Virus record (IMG/VR): IMGVR_UViG_3300012172_000002
Location: 1-40,435 of that record
Strand: one strand, 5' to 3'
Length of the DNA: 40,435 bases
From: a virus
Lineage: Duplodnaviria > Caudoviricetes
Part shown: positions 33,390-40,435 of the stretch, piece after piece
Layout of the letters: each line of letters starts with the position of its first letter
Numbering within the stretch: position 1 is the first letter of the stretch
The notes under the pieces: model-generated
The model's input: only the letters and a program-made list of their open reading frames with translations
What the model was told of the DNA's origin: nothing
Databases searched by the model: none
Translations under genes and position numbers: made by a program

Positions 33390-33537
33390 AGAAGAAGATG
33401 TAAGAGAAATTCTAGAAGAGTTTGCAGAGTATCTACAACAGGAATTTTACGATGATGATATATACCGTGCCATCGTCTTAAAACCAGGTGATCTACATTG
33501 TGCTATTGATGATTTTATAGAGTCCATTGTTTTATGA
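33370..33537 (+). CDS. 55-aa acidic protein (MKEISFEEEDVREILEEF...), not in the ORF track
   Basis: Translated by hand; ATGA coupling to the next gene. Confidence 0.55.
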   Translation: MKEISFEEEDVREILEEFAEYLQQEFYDDDIYRAIVLKPGDLHCAIDDFIESIVL

Positions 33538-33791
33538 ATATTGATCGGATTACAGTCAAAGCTAATACCTGGGAGAGAAACGCTGTTGTACAGCAGTATT
33601 ATCATAAAGATTATCGACTAGTCAAAGAAGAAAAGATCACAGCCAGGAAAGTAGCCCTAGTTTTTGAGCCAATCGTTTTTAAGGTTAGTCCACCGCCAAG
33701 CAGGGAAGTAAGAGACAGATATTGGGAAGTGAAGAATGAAATCAATTCAATATCTAGAAATTCAACAGATGATCTAGAGTATTCAGAATAG
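33534..33791 (+). CDS. Hypothetical protein, probable paralogue of 39952-40197
   Basis: Colinear residue pattern with 39952-40197. Confidence 0.6.
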   Translation: MNIDRITVKANTWERNAVVQQYYHKDYRLVKEEKITARKVALVFEPIVFKVSPPPSREVRDRYWEVKNEINSISRNSTDDLEYSE

Positions 33792-33798
33792 GACATTT

Positions 33799-34329
33799 AT
33801 GAAAGTCAACATTCTAGAAGCCCATGACAGGCTAAAATATCTCATGAAATCCCAAGCTGATGCTGTTAGCCAGGGATGTGACGATTGCCTAAAGAGAAAT
33901 CCATTGTCTCTTAAGCTTCAAGACAAAAGCCCCTACATTTACATTTTCGCTCATGCTAGGACAGCAGACAATCAGTCAGATAAAAGAATATTATGGCAAC
34001 CAAGATTAACGAAACCCAAAGCACAGACTAACTCCTGTTTGTTTAGAGCAAAATCCCATACGGACATCTTAGAAGTATGCTGGCAAATACCTCCAAGAGA
34101 GCTTTGGCCTCAATTTAAAGCCGGAAACGTCACAGAGTGTGAAATAGCCGTTTGGTCTATTAATATGTTTATACATAATCGAGAGGAATTAGAAAAGAAT
34201 TATCCTGATGACCTAACAGACGAGCAGGTTAAGCACATATTAACCGAGATAATGATGGAGATGAAATCTCAAGAATGCCATGCTAATCTAATGAAAAATC
34301 TGTATGGAGATTTAGATGAGGGAACATAG
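33799..34329 (+). CDS. Hypothetical phage protein
   Basis: 176-aa globular-looking ORF with AGGA SD. Confidence 0.75.
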   Translation: MKVNILEAHDRLKYLMKSQADAVSQGCDDCLKRNPLSLKLQDKSPYIYIFAHARTADNQSDKRILWQPRLTKPKAQTNSCLFRAKSHTDILEVCWQIPPRELWPQFKAGNVTECEIAVWSINMFIHNREELEKNYPDDLTDEQVKHILTEIMMEMKSQECHANLMKNLYGDLDEGT

Positions 34330-34651
34330 GTTTATCGCTCCTGATGGCAAAGAGAGCTTCAAAGAAAAAGTAAATTTAGATGATCTGGACGATTGCAAAA
34401 AAAATGGAATGATATTCTTCAACATGTACACTCTGGACACTTCTAAACCATCTTTGCTTGATTCATTGTACGAGCAACTAGAAGAAATACCTGATCAAGA
34501 AGATCTAAATTTGTCTATTCGCCATATGGCTAAACTTTTACAGGAAAAAATTGAAGATGATGCTGATAAGATTCTCAAATCTGTAAGAGATGAGATTATA
34601 TCAATGATAAAACTTAAATACACACCAATAAATATAAATGATAGAATTTAG
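34316..34651 (+). CDS. Hypothetical protein
   Basis: GGAG SD; short overlap with the upstream gene. Confidence 0.6.
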   Translation: MREHRFIAPDGKESFKEKVNLDDLDDCKKNGMIFFNMYTLDTSKPSLLDSLYEQLEEIPDQEDLNLSIRHMAKLLQEKIEDDADKILKSVRDEIISMIKLKYTPININDRI

Positions 34652-34718
34652 TTCTATACTTTTTTGTATTGCAGCTTTTGTAATAGTCTGTCTATTAGCA
34701 GCCTTATTTGCCTATATA

Positions 34719-34895
34719 CTAGGCTAGACTTTTTGGAGGCTTACTAAGCTTCTTCTTGCCAAGAGATTCAAAACCCATCCCTTCCACCTGACGACCAATC
34801 TTAGCAGTTATTCCGGTTCCATAATAGTCACCCATCCCCTTTTGGCCTTCTGGGGTATGTGCATGCTTATAAGTGGGTTTTTTAGCCTTTATCAT
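34719..34895 (-). CDS. 58-aa basic protein (…QKGMGDYYGTGITAKIG…LSKPPKSLA), not in the ORF track
   Basis: Translated by hand; overlaps the upstream stop. Confidence 0.65.
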   Translation of the reverse strand: MIKAKKPTYKHAHTPEGQKGMGDYYGTGITAKIGRQVEGMGFESLGKKKLSKPPKSLA

Positions 34896-35208
34896 CGACT
34901 TGCTGCGTATTCATTCTTGTTCTTGGGAGGGCTGGAACATCTGATTTAGGGCTTCCTTTATGACCAATTGGCTGATTGATACCAACACCATAGTGAGTTC
35001 CTGCATTGACGAAATTAGAGGATCTCTGATCATATTGAGGGCATCTAAAATCCCATGGAGATTTTACTCCATCTTCTGGCTGACATTGTTTGTTCTGCTC
35101 TTTGATACGATCAGGCTGTTCAAAACCATGTTTCGTATTTTTTAGAGTCGAACGGTCTTTTTCGGCAGCGGTATTTTTATAACTCTGCACGGTCTTTGTG
35201 CTTTTCAT
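34882..35208 (-). CDS. Hypothetical hydrophilic protein in the portal operon
   Basis: GAGG SD; SPWDFRCPQYDQRSS...AGTHYGVG. Confidence 0.7.
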   Translation of the reverse strand: MKSTKTVQSYKNTAAEKDRSTLKNTKHGFEQPDRIKEQNKQCQPEDGVKSPWDFRCPQYDQRSSNFVNAGTHYGVGINQPIGHKGSPKSDVPALPRTRMNTQQVDDKG

Positions 35209-35228
35209 AAAACCTCTTTTTTAAATTA

Positions 35229-35267
35229 TGGGTGAAGGTATCCCTCAGAATAAAACACCTTCACCCA
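35229..35267. promoter_or_regulatory. Intergenic 11-bp hairpin
   Basis: TGGGTGAAGGT/ACCTTCACCCA. Confidence 0.45.
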
Positions 35268-35286
35268 AAACCTAGGACACCCTAGA

Positions 35287-35511
35287 TTAATTTCTGTAAC
35301 CAGACTTCATGGGTTTTTTGAGTGTCTGAGATTTATTTTCGGATTGCTGATGCTTAATAGCTGAATCAGTATCTTCATAATTCATAACACTGCCTACACC
35401 TTCAACTGAACGTGTATCTCTAACTTTATGAGGTCCATCTGGGAAAACACTGTTATTCCCCTTAGACCCTACCCATGAACCATGGTCGTCAATTCTTTGA
35501 CCGCCTGCCAT
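35287..35511 (-). CDS. Hypothetical hydrophilic protein in the portal operon
   Basis: GAGGT SD; first gene after the portal. Confidence 0.7.
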   Translation of the reverse strand: MAGGQRIDDHGSWVGSKGNNSVFPDGPHKVRDTRSVEGVGSVMNYEDTDSAIKHQQSENKSQTLKKPMKSGYRN

Positions 35512-35572
35512 AATTACCTCTCCTAACCCATTTAAGGTTTAAACATGTTTATAACATTGTACAAATATTGTT

Positions 35573-37696
35573 TCAAGAAATGTTTGCCGTTTGTCCTTGA
35601 CTTTGTGCAGGTTGCATCATGCCACCCATTATTTGCTCAAGGAACTTATTTGCTTCCGTTCTTCTGTGAACATCCTGCTTTTCCTGCTCTTCCTGATTTT
35701 GGATATTCATAGAATCAACTTTTAACTTGTTTTCAGCATAGGATGTCTCAATTTCTCCATATTTCTGGATGCTTTCCAAAAGTTGATTAAGGGCAGCTTG
35801 CTTTTCTTTCAATGTCATTGCACGGTTTCGCTCGATCATGCTCAAGCGCTCTTCATAAAGGCCTAGGTTAGATTCTGACCTAGAATGATCTTCTCTCGCT
35901 CTTGCAATATTAGCGGCAGTCTTACTCATCAATTCCTGCAATTTAGCAGTTTCGAAGGCCTGTTGGATATTTTGAGCTTCCGCTTGACCCGCTTGAGCTT
36001 GCTGCTCTTGCTGTTGAAGATATGGGATAATTTCGCCTTTTCCTGTGATATTTAGCTTTGGAATGATCATTGAGGGAGGGAAGACTTCTCTTCCGAACAC
36101 CTGATTAATCTCCATCATTTGCTGAGCCTGGAGATTCTGCTGTGTTGGAGTCAAATCGGCCTCTTCAACCACAACCTGATATTTAGAGAAGATTCTACTG
36201 TAGAAATAAGGCGTGGGCTCTTCGCCAATGTAAAGACTAACCTTAGCAGCATTCCAGTTGTTAAGGACAATCTTCATCATCTTATCGCCCAAAAGCCTAT
36301 CTGCAAAGTCCCATTGATCGTAATATTTTTGCAGGACCATCAAGTTAGCTGCTTGCTTGATCAAAGTCGTCAATGTAGAGGCGTTTTTATCCTGCTGAGC
36401 TGACCAGTTTTCTAAATCCACACCTGAAGTCTTGAAAACAAGGTCTGCCATTTGTTGTGCAAGAGCTAGATCGCTCTCAGGCACACCAGAAGCCATAATT
36501 TTTTCAACATCTCCCATTTCATAACCAGGATTAATAACAACATCCCAACCCTGACCGGATTTCTTAAGATTATCTTCGTTGGCAACTGCTCCAATCTTTC
36601 TTTTCCATCCGGCATTAATCGTTGCTTGCGCTATATCGTTGTTAGTAATGACCTTATAATTGAAAAGAAACTGAGGATCGCGCATAGTCCGCACAAGAGA
36701 GCGAACACGAAGATCATAGTAGTTATTATGTGGTTCATAATTCCAAAAATAGGGAATAAATGGACAGCCAAAGTCGCCTAATGGATTGTCCCCCTGGAAC
36801 ATTAACTGGTCGTTTAACACAACCGCCAGTTTCCAAACTGGAACTTTGACCGTCACGAGTTCTAAATCGGGTATTTGATAAAGAACCTGCTCTAGGTTCT
36901 CCATCCCTTGAGCAAAGTCAAAGAATTGGTTCCTTGACTTGCTATAGAGTCTTTTCTTTTCCCCAGTCCATTTGTACCAGACATAGGAAAGAACCATAAG
37001 GTCATTGCGGGCCATGTTATAGTTCTCTGGAAGGAAATAGAAGTTTCCATAACGCTGAGGTGTGCCTGCCATGGGAGTAATAGCAGAAACTTTGTCAGGG
37101 AATCGCTCCTCAGCTTCTTTCTTTGAAATGTATTCTTGACACCATACAAACTGAGCATCGGACATGTCAGGCGAGCGGAAATAGGGATCGACCAAGAAAG
37201 AATTATATTCCCAAACCTTCAACTTAAGCTCCCCTTGGGCCTGATCTTCACCAGTGTAATCAAGATAGGGCTGCAAAAGAACCATTCCAGATACTGCAGA
37301 AAGCTCTTTTGCCTTGGATTTCTGCTCATGAATTGCTCCCTTATTGGAAGCTGTCGTTATAATCTTGGTGTACTGATCAGCTGTTTTTGGATCGGAATTT
37401 TCAGTTGGAACGTATGTAAAGCCCTTTCGATGCTGCCTTTCATAGCCCGTGACCATGTTGACTGGCTGCTGCAATATATTGAAATAATACTGCTGGTGGC
37501 TACCTGTGGGGTTGAAATTGAAATACCGATTAACGAAAGTTTGGGCCCCGGCATAAAACATTGTATCTATATTACTTTGATTCCAACGGCTCTGTTCGAT
37601 CGGCTGAAATTTGGAATATAGATTGTCGAGCCACTGGCGAACGTTTCCTTGGCTTGGTTCCAAGGCATTGTTCCAGGGCGGAAAATAAAATGTCAT
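35573..37696 (-). CDS. Portal protein (P22-like, with C-terminal coiled-coil barrel)
   Basis: 707 aa; FNILQQPVNMVTGYERQHR, DPY, SLVRTMRDPQ motifs; Gln-rich helical tail. Confidence 0.85.
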   Translation of the reverse strand: MTFYFPPWNNALEPSQGNVRQWLDNLYSKFQPIEQSRWNQSNIDTMFYAGAQTFVNRYFNFNPTGSHQQYYFNILQQPVNMVTGYERQHRKGFTYVPTENSDPKTADQYTKIITTASNKGAIHEQKSKAKELSAVSGMVLLQPYLDYTGEDQAQGELKLKVWEYNSFLVDPYFRSPDMSDAQFVWCQEYISKKEAEERFPDKVSAITPMAGTPQRYGNFYFLPENYNMARNDLMVLSYVWYKWTGEKKRLYSKSRNQFFDFAQGMENLEQVLYQIPDLELVTVKVPVWKLAVVLNDQLMFQGDNPLGDFGCPFIPYFWNYEPHNNYYDLRVRSLVRTMRDPQFLFNYKVITNNDIAQATINAGWKRKIGAVANEDNLKKSGQGWDVVINPGYEMGDVEKIMASGVPESDLALAQQMADLVFKTSGVDLENWSAQQDKNASTLTTLIKQAANLMVLQKYYDQWDFADRLLGDKMMKIVLNNWNAAKVSLYIGEEPTPYFYSRIFSKYQVVVEEADLTPTQQNLQAQQMMEINQVFGREVFPPSMIIPKLNITGKGEIIPYLQQQEQQAQAGQAEAQNIQQAFETAKLQELMSKTAANIARAREDHSRSESNLGLYEERLSMIERNRAMTLKEKQAALNQLLESIQKYGEIETSYAENKLKVDSMNIQNQEEQEKQDVHRRTEANKFLEQIMGGMMQPAQSQGQTANIS

Positions 37697-37847
37697 TTAT
37701 CCTCAGAAGGTTAGGACAAACATGTTCATATGTTGCTTAAATTTAGAAACATACAAAAAAGAATGAATTAAAACAAGAAAGACTTGATGATATTGTGGGC
37801 CCTGTGTCATTATTTGCCTTATTAATTAGGTTAAGGAGGTATGCGGC

Positions 37848-38237
37848 ATGGAAAAGATGCAGATTATATATTGGCAACAAAACGATGCCATGGGTCAAGT
37901 TTTTTATGAATTTGAATCTGATAAAACATTATGGAATGATGTGTTGAATGATGGAGGATTTGCAAATCGAACAGACTATATACCAGACTACTTCCATGTT
38001 GATGATAATGATTTTATTGAATTATATTCATGCGAGTCATCAAATTCGATAAGATCAAATGATCCATCTATTGTTTTGCTTGGAAATTATAACGAAGGAC
38101 TTTTTTGTTATTATTGTAGAAATGATAAGGAAAAAAGAGAATGTGTAAAATACTTACTTGAAATGGCTAGGGATATCGTTCAGATTGAATATCACAGAAA
38201 GTTTTTAGATGTTCAGTGTAGGTTGGAACACCAATGA
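37848..38237 (+). CDS. Hypothetical acidic protein
   Basis: Strong SD TAAGGAGGT. Confidence 0.7.
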   Translation: MEKMQIIYWQQNDAMGQVFYEFESDKTLWNDVLNDGGFANRTDYIPDYFHVDDNDFIELYSCESSNSIRSNDPSIVLLGNYNEGLFCYYCRNDKEKRECVKYLLEMARDIVQIEYHRKFLDVQCRLEHQ

Positions 38238-38416
38238 CCATCGTAGATACATTGTACGCTAAATTTCTGGACATGGAAAGGATAAGCCCGTATCTTGTGA
38301 TGAGATATGCCAAGAGAGAGTACGACTTTTGCGTTGATATCTATGATGAGCTTAAGATGCGAAGGATTCGGAATGGGATCGAGAAGCCTAGGAAGAAATG
38401 GGAGAGGATTAAATGA
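38234..38416 (+). CDS. Hypothetical protein
   Basis: ATGA coupling. Confidence 0.55.
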   Translation: MTIVDTLYAKFLDMERISPYLVMRYAKREYDFCVDIYDELKMRRIRNGIEKPRKKWERIK

Positions 38417-38793
38417 ATGAAAATATAGATTTTTCAACCCTTAAGGGAAAAATTCTGAATCATATTGAAGTGATAAAAAATCATCCTGAAGAAGATAAAA
38501 TCTTATTTTTCACATCCGACGGACAAGCTTATAAAATGCATCATTACCAAGACTGTTGCGAGTCTGTTACAATTGAAGATATATGTGGAGAAATTGATTG
38601 GTTATGTGATAGCCCTATTTTAGAGGCAGAAGAGAGGACAAATTTAGCTGATTGTGAAAATTTAAAAAACGATGATTCGTTTACTTGGACATTCTATCAT
38701 TTGGCTACGATAAAGGGATCTGTTACGATAAGATGGTATGGTACTTCTAACGGCTATTATTCTGAATCTGTCGATTTTGAGAGGATTAAATGA
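38413..38793 (+). CDS. Phage protein of unknown function (QDCCESV...[12 protein letters not shown] type)
   Basis: Motif familiar from phage accessory regions; flanked by 15-bp direct repeats. Confidence 0.75.
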   Translation: MNENIDFSTLKGKILNHIEVIKNHPEEDKILFFTSDGQAYKMHHYQDCCESVTIEDICGEIDWLCDSPILEAEERTNLADCENLKNDDSFTWTFYHLATIKGSVTIRWYGTSNGYYSESVDFERIK

Positions 38794-38993
38794 TAAAATA
38801 TAAGGTTATTACCGAGAGAGAAGATCAATACGTTGATGCTTGTGGTTTCGAAATTGACGGCAATGGAGACTTAATTTTGTTGGATGAAGATGAAATTTAT
38901 GTGGCTATGTTCCAAAAAGATTTCTGGAAAGCCATTAGAGTTGCTTTTGATTATGTCCCTTTAAAGGAAAACGAATTGCCTGTCAAGGATTAA
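38790..38993 (+). CDS. Hypothetical protein
   Basis: ATGA coupling; GAGG SD. Confidence 0.6.
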   Translation: MIKYKVITEREDQYVDACGFEIDGNGDLILLDEDEIYVAMFQKDFWKAIRVAFDYVPLKENELPVKD

Positions 38994-39082
38994 ATGTTTT
39001 TCTTGATAGCGTGAAGAAATTTGTTGTCACTTGTAGTTTTCAAGTAAATAGTTAACTTACAAATGGCGAAAAACCTCGATTT

Positions 39083-39111
39083 ACTTAACATAATATTTAA
39101 TTATCAGACGT
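39083..39111 (-). other. XerC/XerD dif-like recombination site
   Basis: Minus strand reads ACGTCTGATAA-TTAAATA-TTATGTTAAGT; the right arm matches the E. coli XerD arm TTATGTTAAAT at 10/11; intergenic. Confidence 0.7.
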
Positions 39112-39112
39112 A

Positions 39113-39310
39113 ATGAGAAAAATGACCAAAACATGCCCAGTTTGCGACACCGAAATAGACTTCAACGAATTCCATGATGCAGAATATTGTCCAAAATGCC
39201 TTGAATGGTTAGAAAAAAACTGCCAAGATAAAGAATGTAGATACTGCAAGCATAGGCCTAAGAAGCCTCCCTTGCTGAGGACTGGTAGAAGGATCCTAAA
39301 TGAAACATGA
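39113..39310 (+). CDS. Small Cys-rich zinc-binding protein
   Basis: CPVC...CPKC...C....CRYC. Confidence 0.6.
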   Translation: MRKMTKTCPVCDTEIDFNEFHDAEYCPKCLEWLEKNCQDKECRYCKHRPKKPPLLRTGRRILNET

Positions 39311-39506
39311 ATGTATTAGATCGTTTAAGACTAGAAAAATAGACGAATGCTCTGGTGAAGCATATAATCGCTGTCATGGAATTGAACCAATGATTTTCGA
39401 AATATGGTTTCAAGACAAGGACGGCACAGAAAGTTATTTCGATAACTGGATAGAAAAAGAAGTTAATTTTTGCCCATACTGTGGCTTAAAGGCAGAAAGA
39501 TTATAA
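39300..39506 (+). CDS. Small zinc-binding protein
   Basis: VNFCPYCG motif. Confidence 0.65.
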   Translation: MKHECIRSFKTRKIDECSGEAYNRCHGIEPMIFEIWFQDKDGTESYFDNWIEKEVNFCPYCGLKAERL

Positions 39507-39521
39507 GGATTTTAATAAGAA

Positions 39522-39683
39522 ATGAAAAAACAATCTAAATATACATGCATTGTGTGCGGTGAAGAAGAATATGGAAAAGCCCCATACTGTAAATGTGAAA
39601 GGGAATATGATAAGACACAAAAAGAAATTACAAGAAATGTTTTGACAGGTATTAATAAAATCTTAAATAAGGAGAAAAAATGA
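39522..39683 (+). CDS. 53-aa Cys-containing protein, not in the ORF track
   Basis: Hand translation MKKQSKYTCIVCGEE...YCKC; ATGA coupling. Confidence 0.5.
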   Translation: MKKQSKYTCIVCGEEEYGKAPYCKCEREYDKTQKEITRNVLTGINKILNKEKK

Positions 39684-39940
39684 GTCAAATTGACAACTTG
39701 GTGGATTCACATTGCGGTTTTTGTGATTATGAAAAAAGCAAACCATGTTTGAGTTGCATGAAATATATTATATATTTAGCCATAAAAGATGCGTATTCAG
39801 ATAACCTTGGATCAGCACCTATTGATTTTGAAGAAGCAATTTCAGAAGGAGTAAGTAAATCTTTTGGATATCTTGATTCTAGAGAAATGAAAGATGCAGT
39901 TATTTCGGGGGTATCTTTAAGTCATGGTCACGTAAGATAA
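39680..39940 (+). CDS. Hypothetical protein with two CxxC pairs
   Basis: AAGGAG SD. Confidence 0.6.
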   Translation: MSQIDNLVDSHCGFCDYEKSKPCLSCMKYIIYLAIKDAYSDNLGSAPIDFEEAISEGVSKSFGYLDSREMKDAVISGVSLSHGHVR

Positions 39941-39951
39941 AAAGGAGAAAA

Positions 39952-40197
39952 ATGAACTGCAACCATATCACACTAACAGTCCATAGAGCTCACCTAGAGC
40001 GTGTTATCGATAAGTACAGCGATAACAACTATCTCCTGATTCAATCGGCCGAGATAGGCGCCAATAAGCTTTTGCTTACTTTCGATAAGATAAGCGACTT
40101 GAAGCCGCCTGAACAACCTAAGCCCATCAAGGCTGTGAACCTGGATAGCAGTGATGAGATACCGGATGGCATGCTTGAGGAGCTTTTTAAGAAATGA
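39952..40197 (+). CDS. Hypothetical protein, probable paralogue of 33534-33791
   Basis: AAGGAG SD. Confidence 0.65.
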   Translation: MNCNHITLTVHRAHLERVIDKYSDNNYLLIQSAEIGANKLLLTFDKISDLKPPEQPKPIKAVNLDSSDEIPDGMLEELFKK

Positions 40198-40379
40198 ATT
40201 ATAAAATTGTGGAACAGCCTAAAAAAATTATAATCAACTTTGATAACTTTTCTAATTTGGACGAAAGGTCGTTTGAAATTATTATAAATGGTAAATCATT
40301 TTATTTTACAAAACATAAGATAGAAAATATTTTGAAATATTTTGATAAACTTGCTTTTTTAAATATAAGTGATTTTTAA
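40194..40379 (+). CDS. Hypothetical protein
   Basis: ATGA coupling; AT-rich. Confidence 0.5.
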   Translation: MNYKIVEQPKKIIINFDNFSNLDERSFEIIINGKSFYFTKHKIENILKYFDKLAFLNISDF

Positions 40380-40435
40380 GAAATGATGGAATGGATTAGC
40401 ATTAAAGACAGACTTCCTGAAAATAAACAAAAAGT
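40313..40435. repeat. Terminal direct repeat, copy 2
   Basis: Identical to 1-123. Confidence 0.95.

Noticed and set aside
1-40435. CRISPR array, tRNA genes or stop-codon reassignment
   Set aside because: No regularly spaced repeats or cloverleaf seen by eye; the large genes are intact in the standard code and all three stop codons are used

Overview
The window looks like one complete, circularly closed dsDNA tailed-phage genome of about 40.3 kb: bases 1-123 recur exactly at 40313-40435. It has a podovirus-like (P22/N4-gp56-type) virion module on the minus strand: portal, scaffold, major capsid, tail adaptor and nozzle, three ejection proteins, and several fibre or spike genes including a triplicated tip gene. 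It also carries terS/terL, a lambdoid replication module (Cro-like HTH, initiator with an internal DnaA-box palindrome, DnaC-like loader, SSB-like protein, DUF1064-like nuclease), a RecT/YqaJ recombination pair, an outer-membrane beta-barrel gene and many small accessory ORFs. I could not recognise an integrase, CI repressor, endolysin or holin, tRNA, CRISPR array or reverse transcriptase. The strongest unexplained signals are non-coding: (i) a plasmid-style counter-transcript and anti-SD switch in front of the replication initiator, plus two more antisense transcription units in the same operon; (ii) a XerC/D dif-like site; (iii) a structured leader with a repeated motif upstream of the major capsid gene. 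Together they suggest an integrase-less phage maintained as a plasmid or integrated through host XerCD, in a diderm and possibly intracellular host. All family assignments come from recognising motifs by eye, not from database searches.
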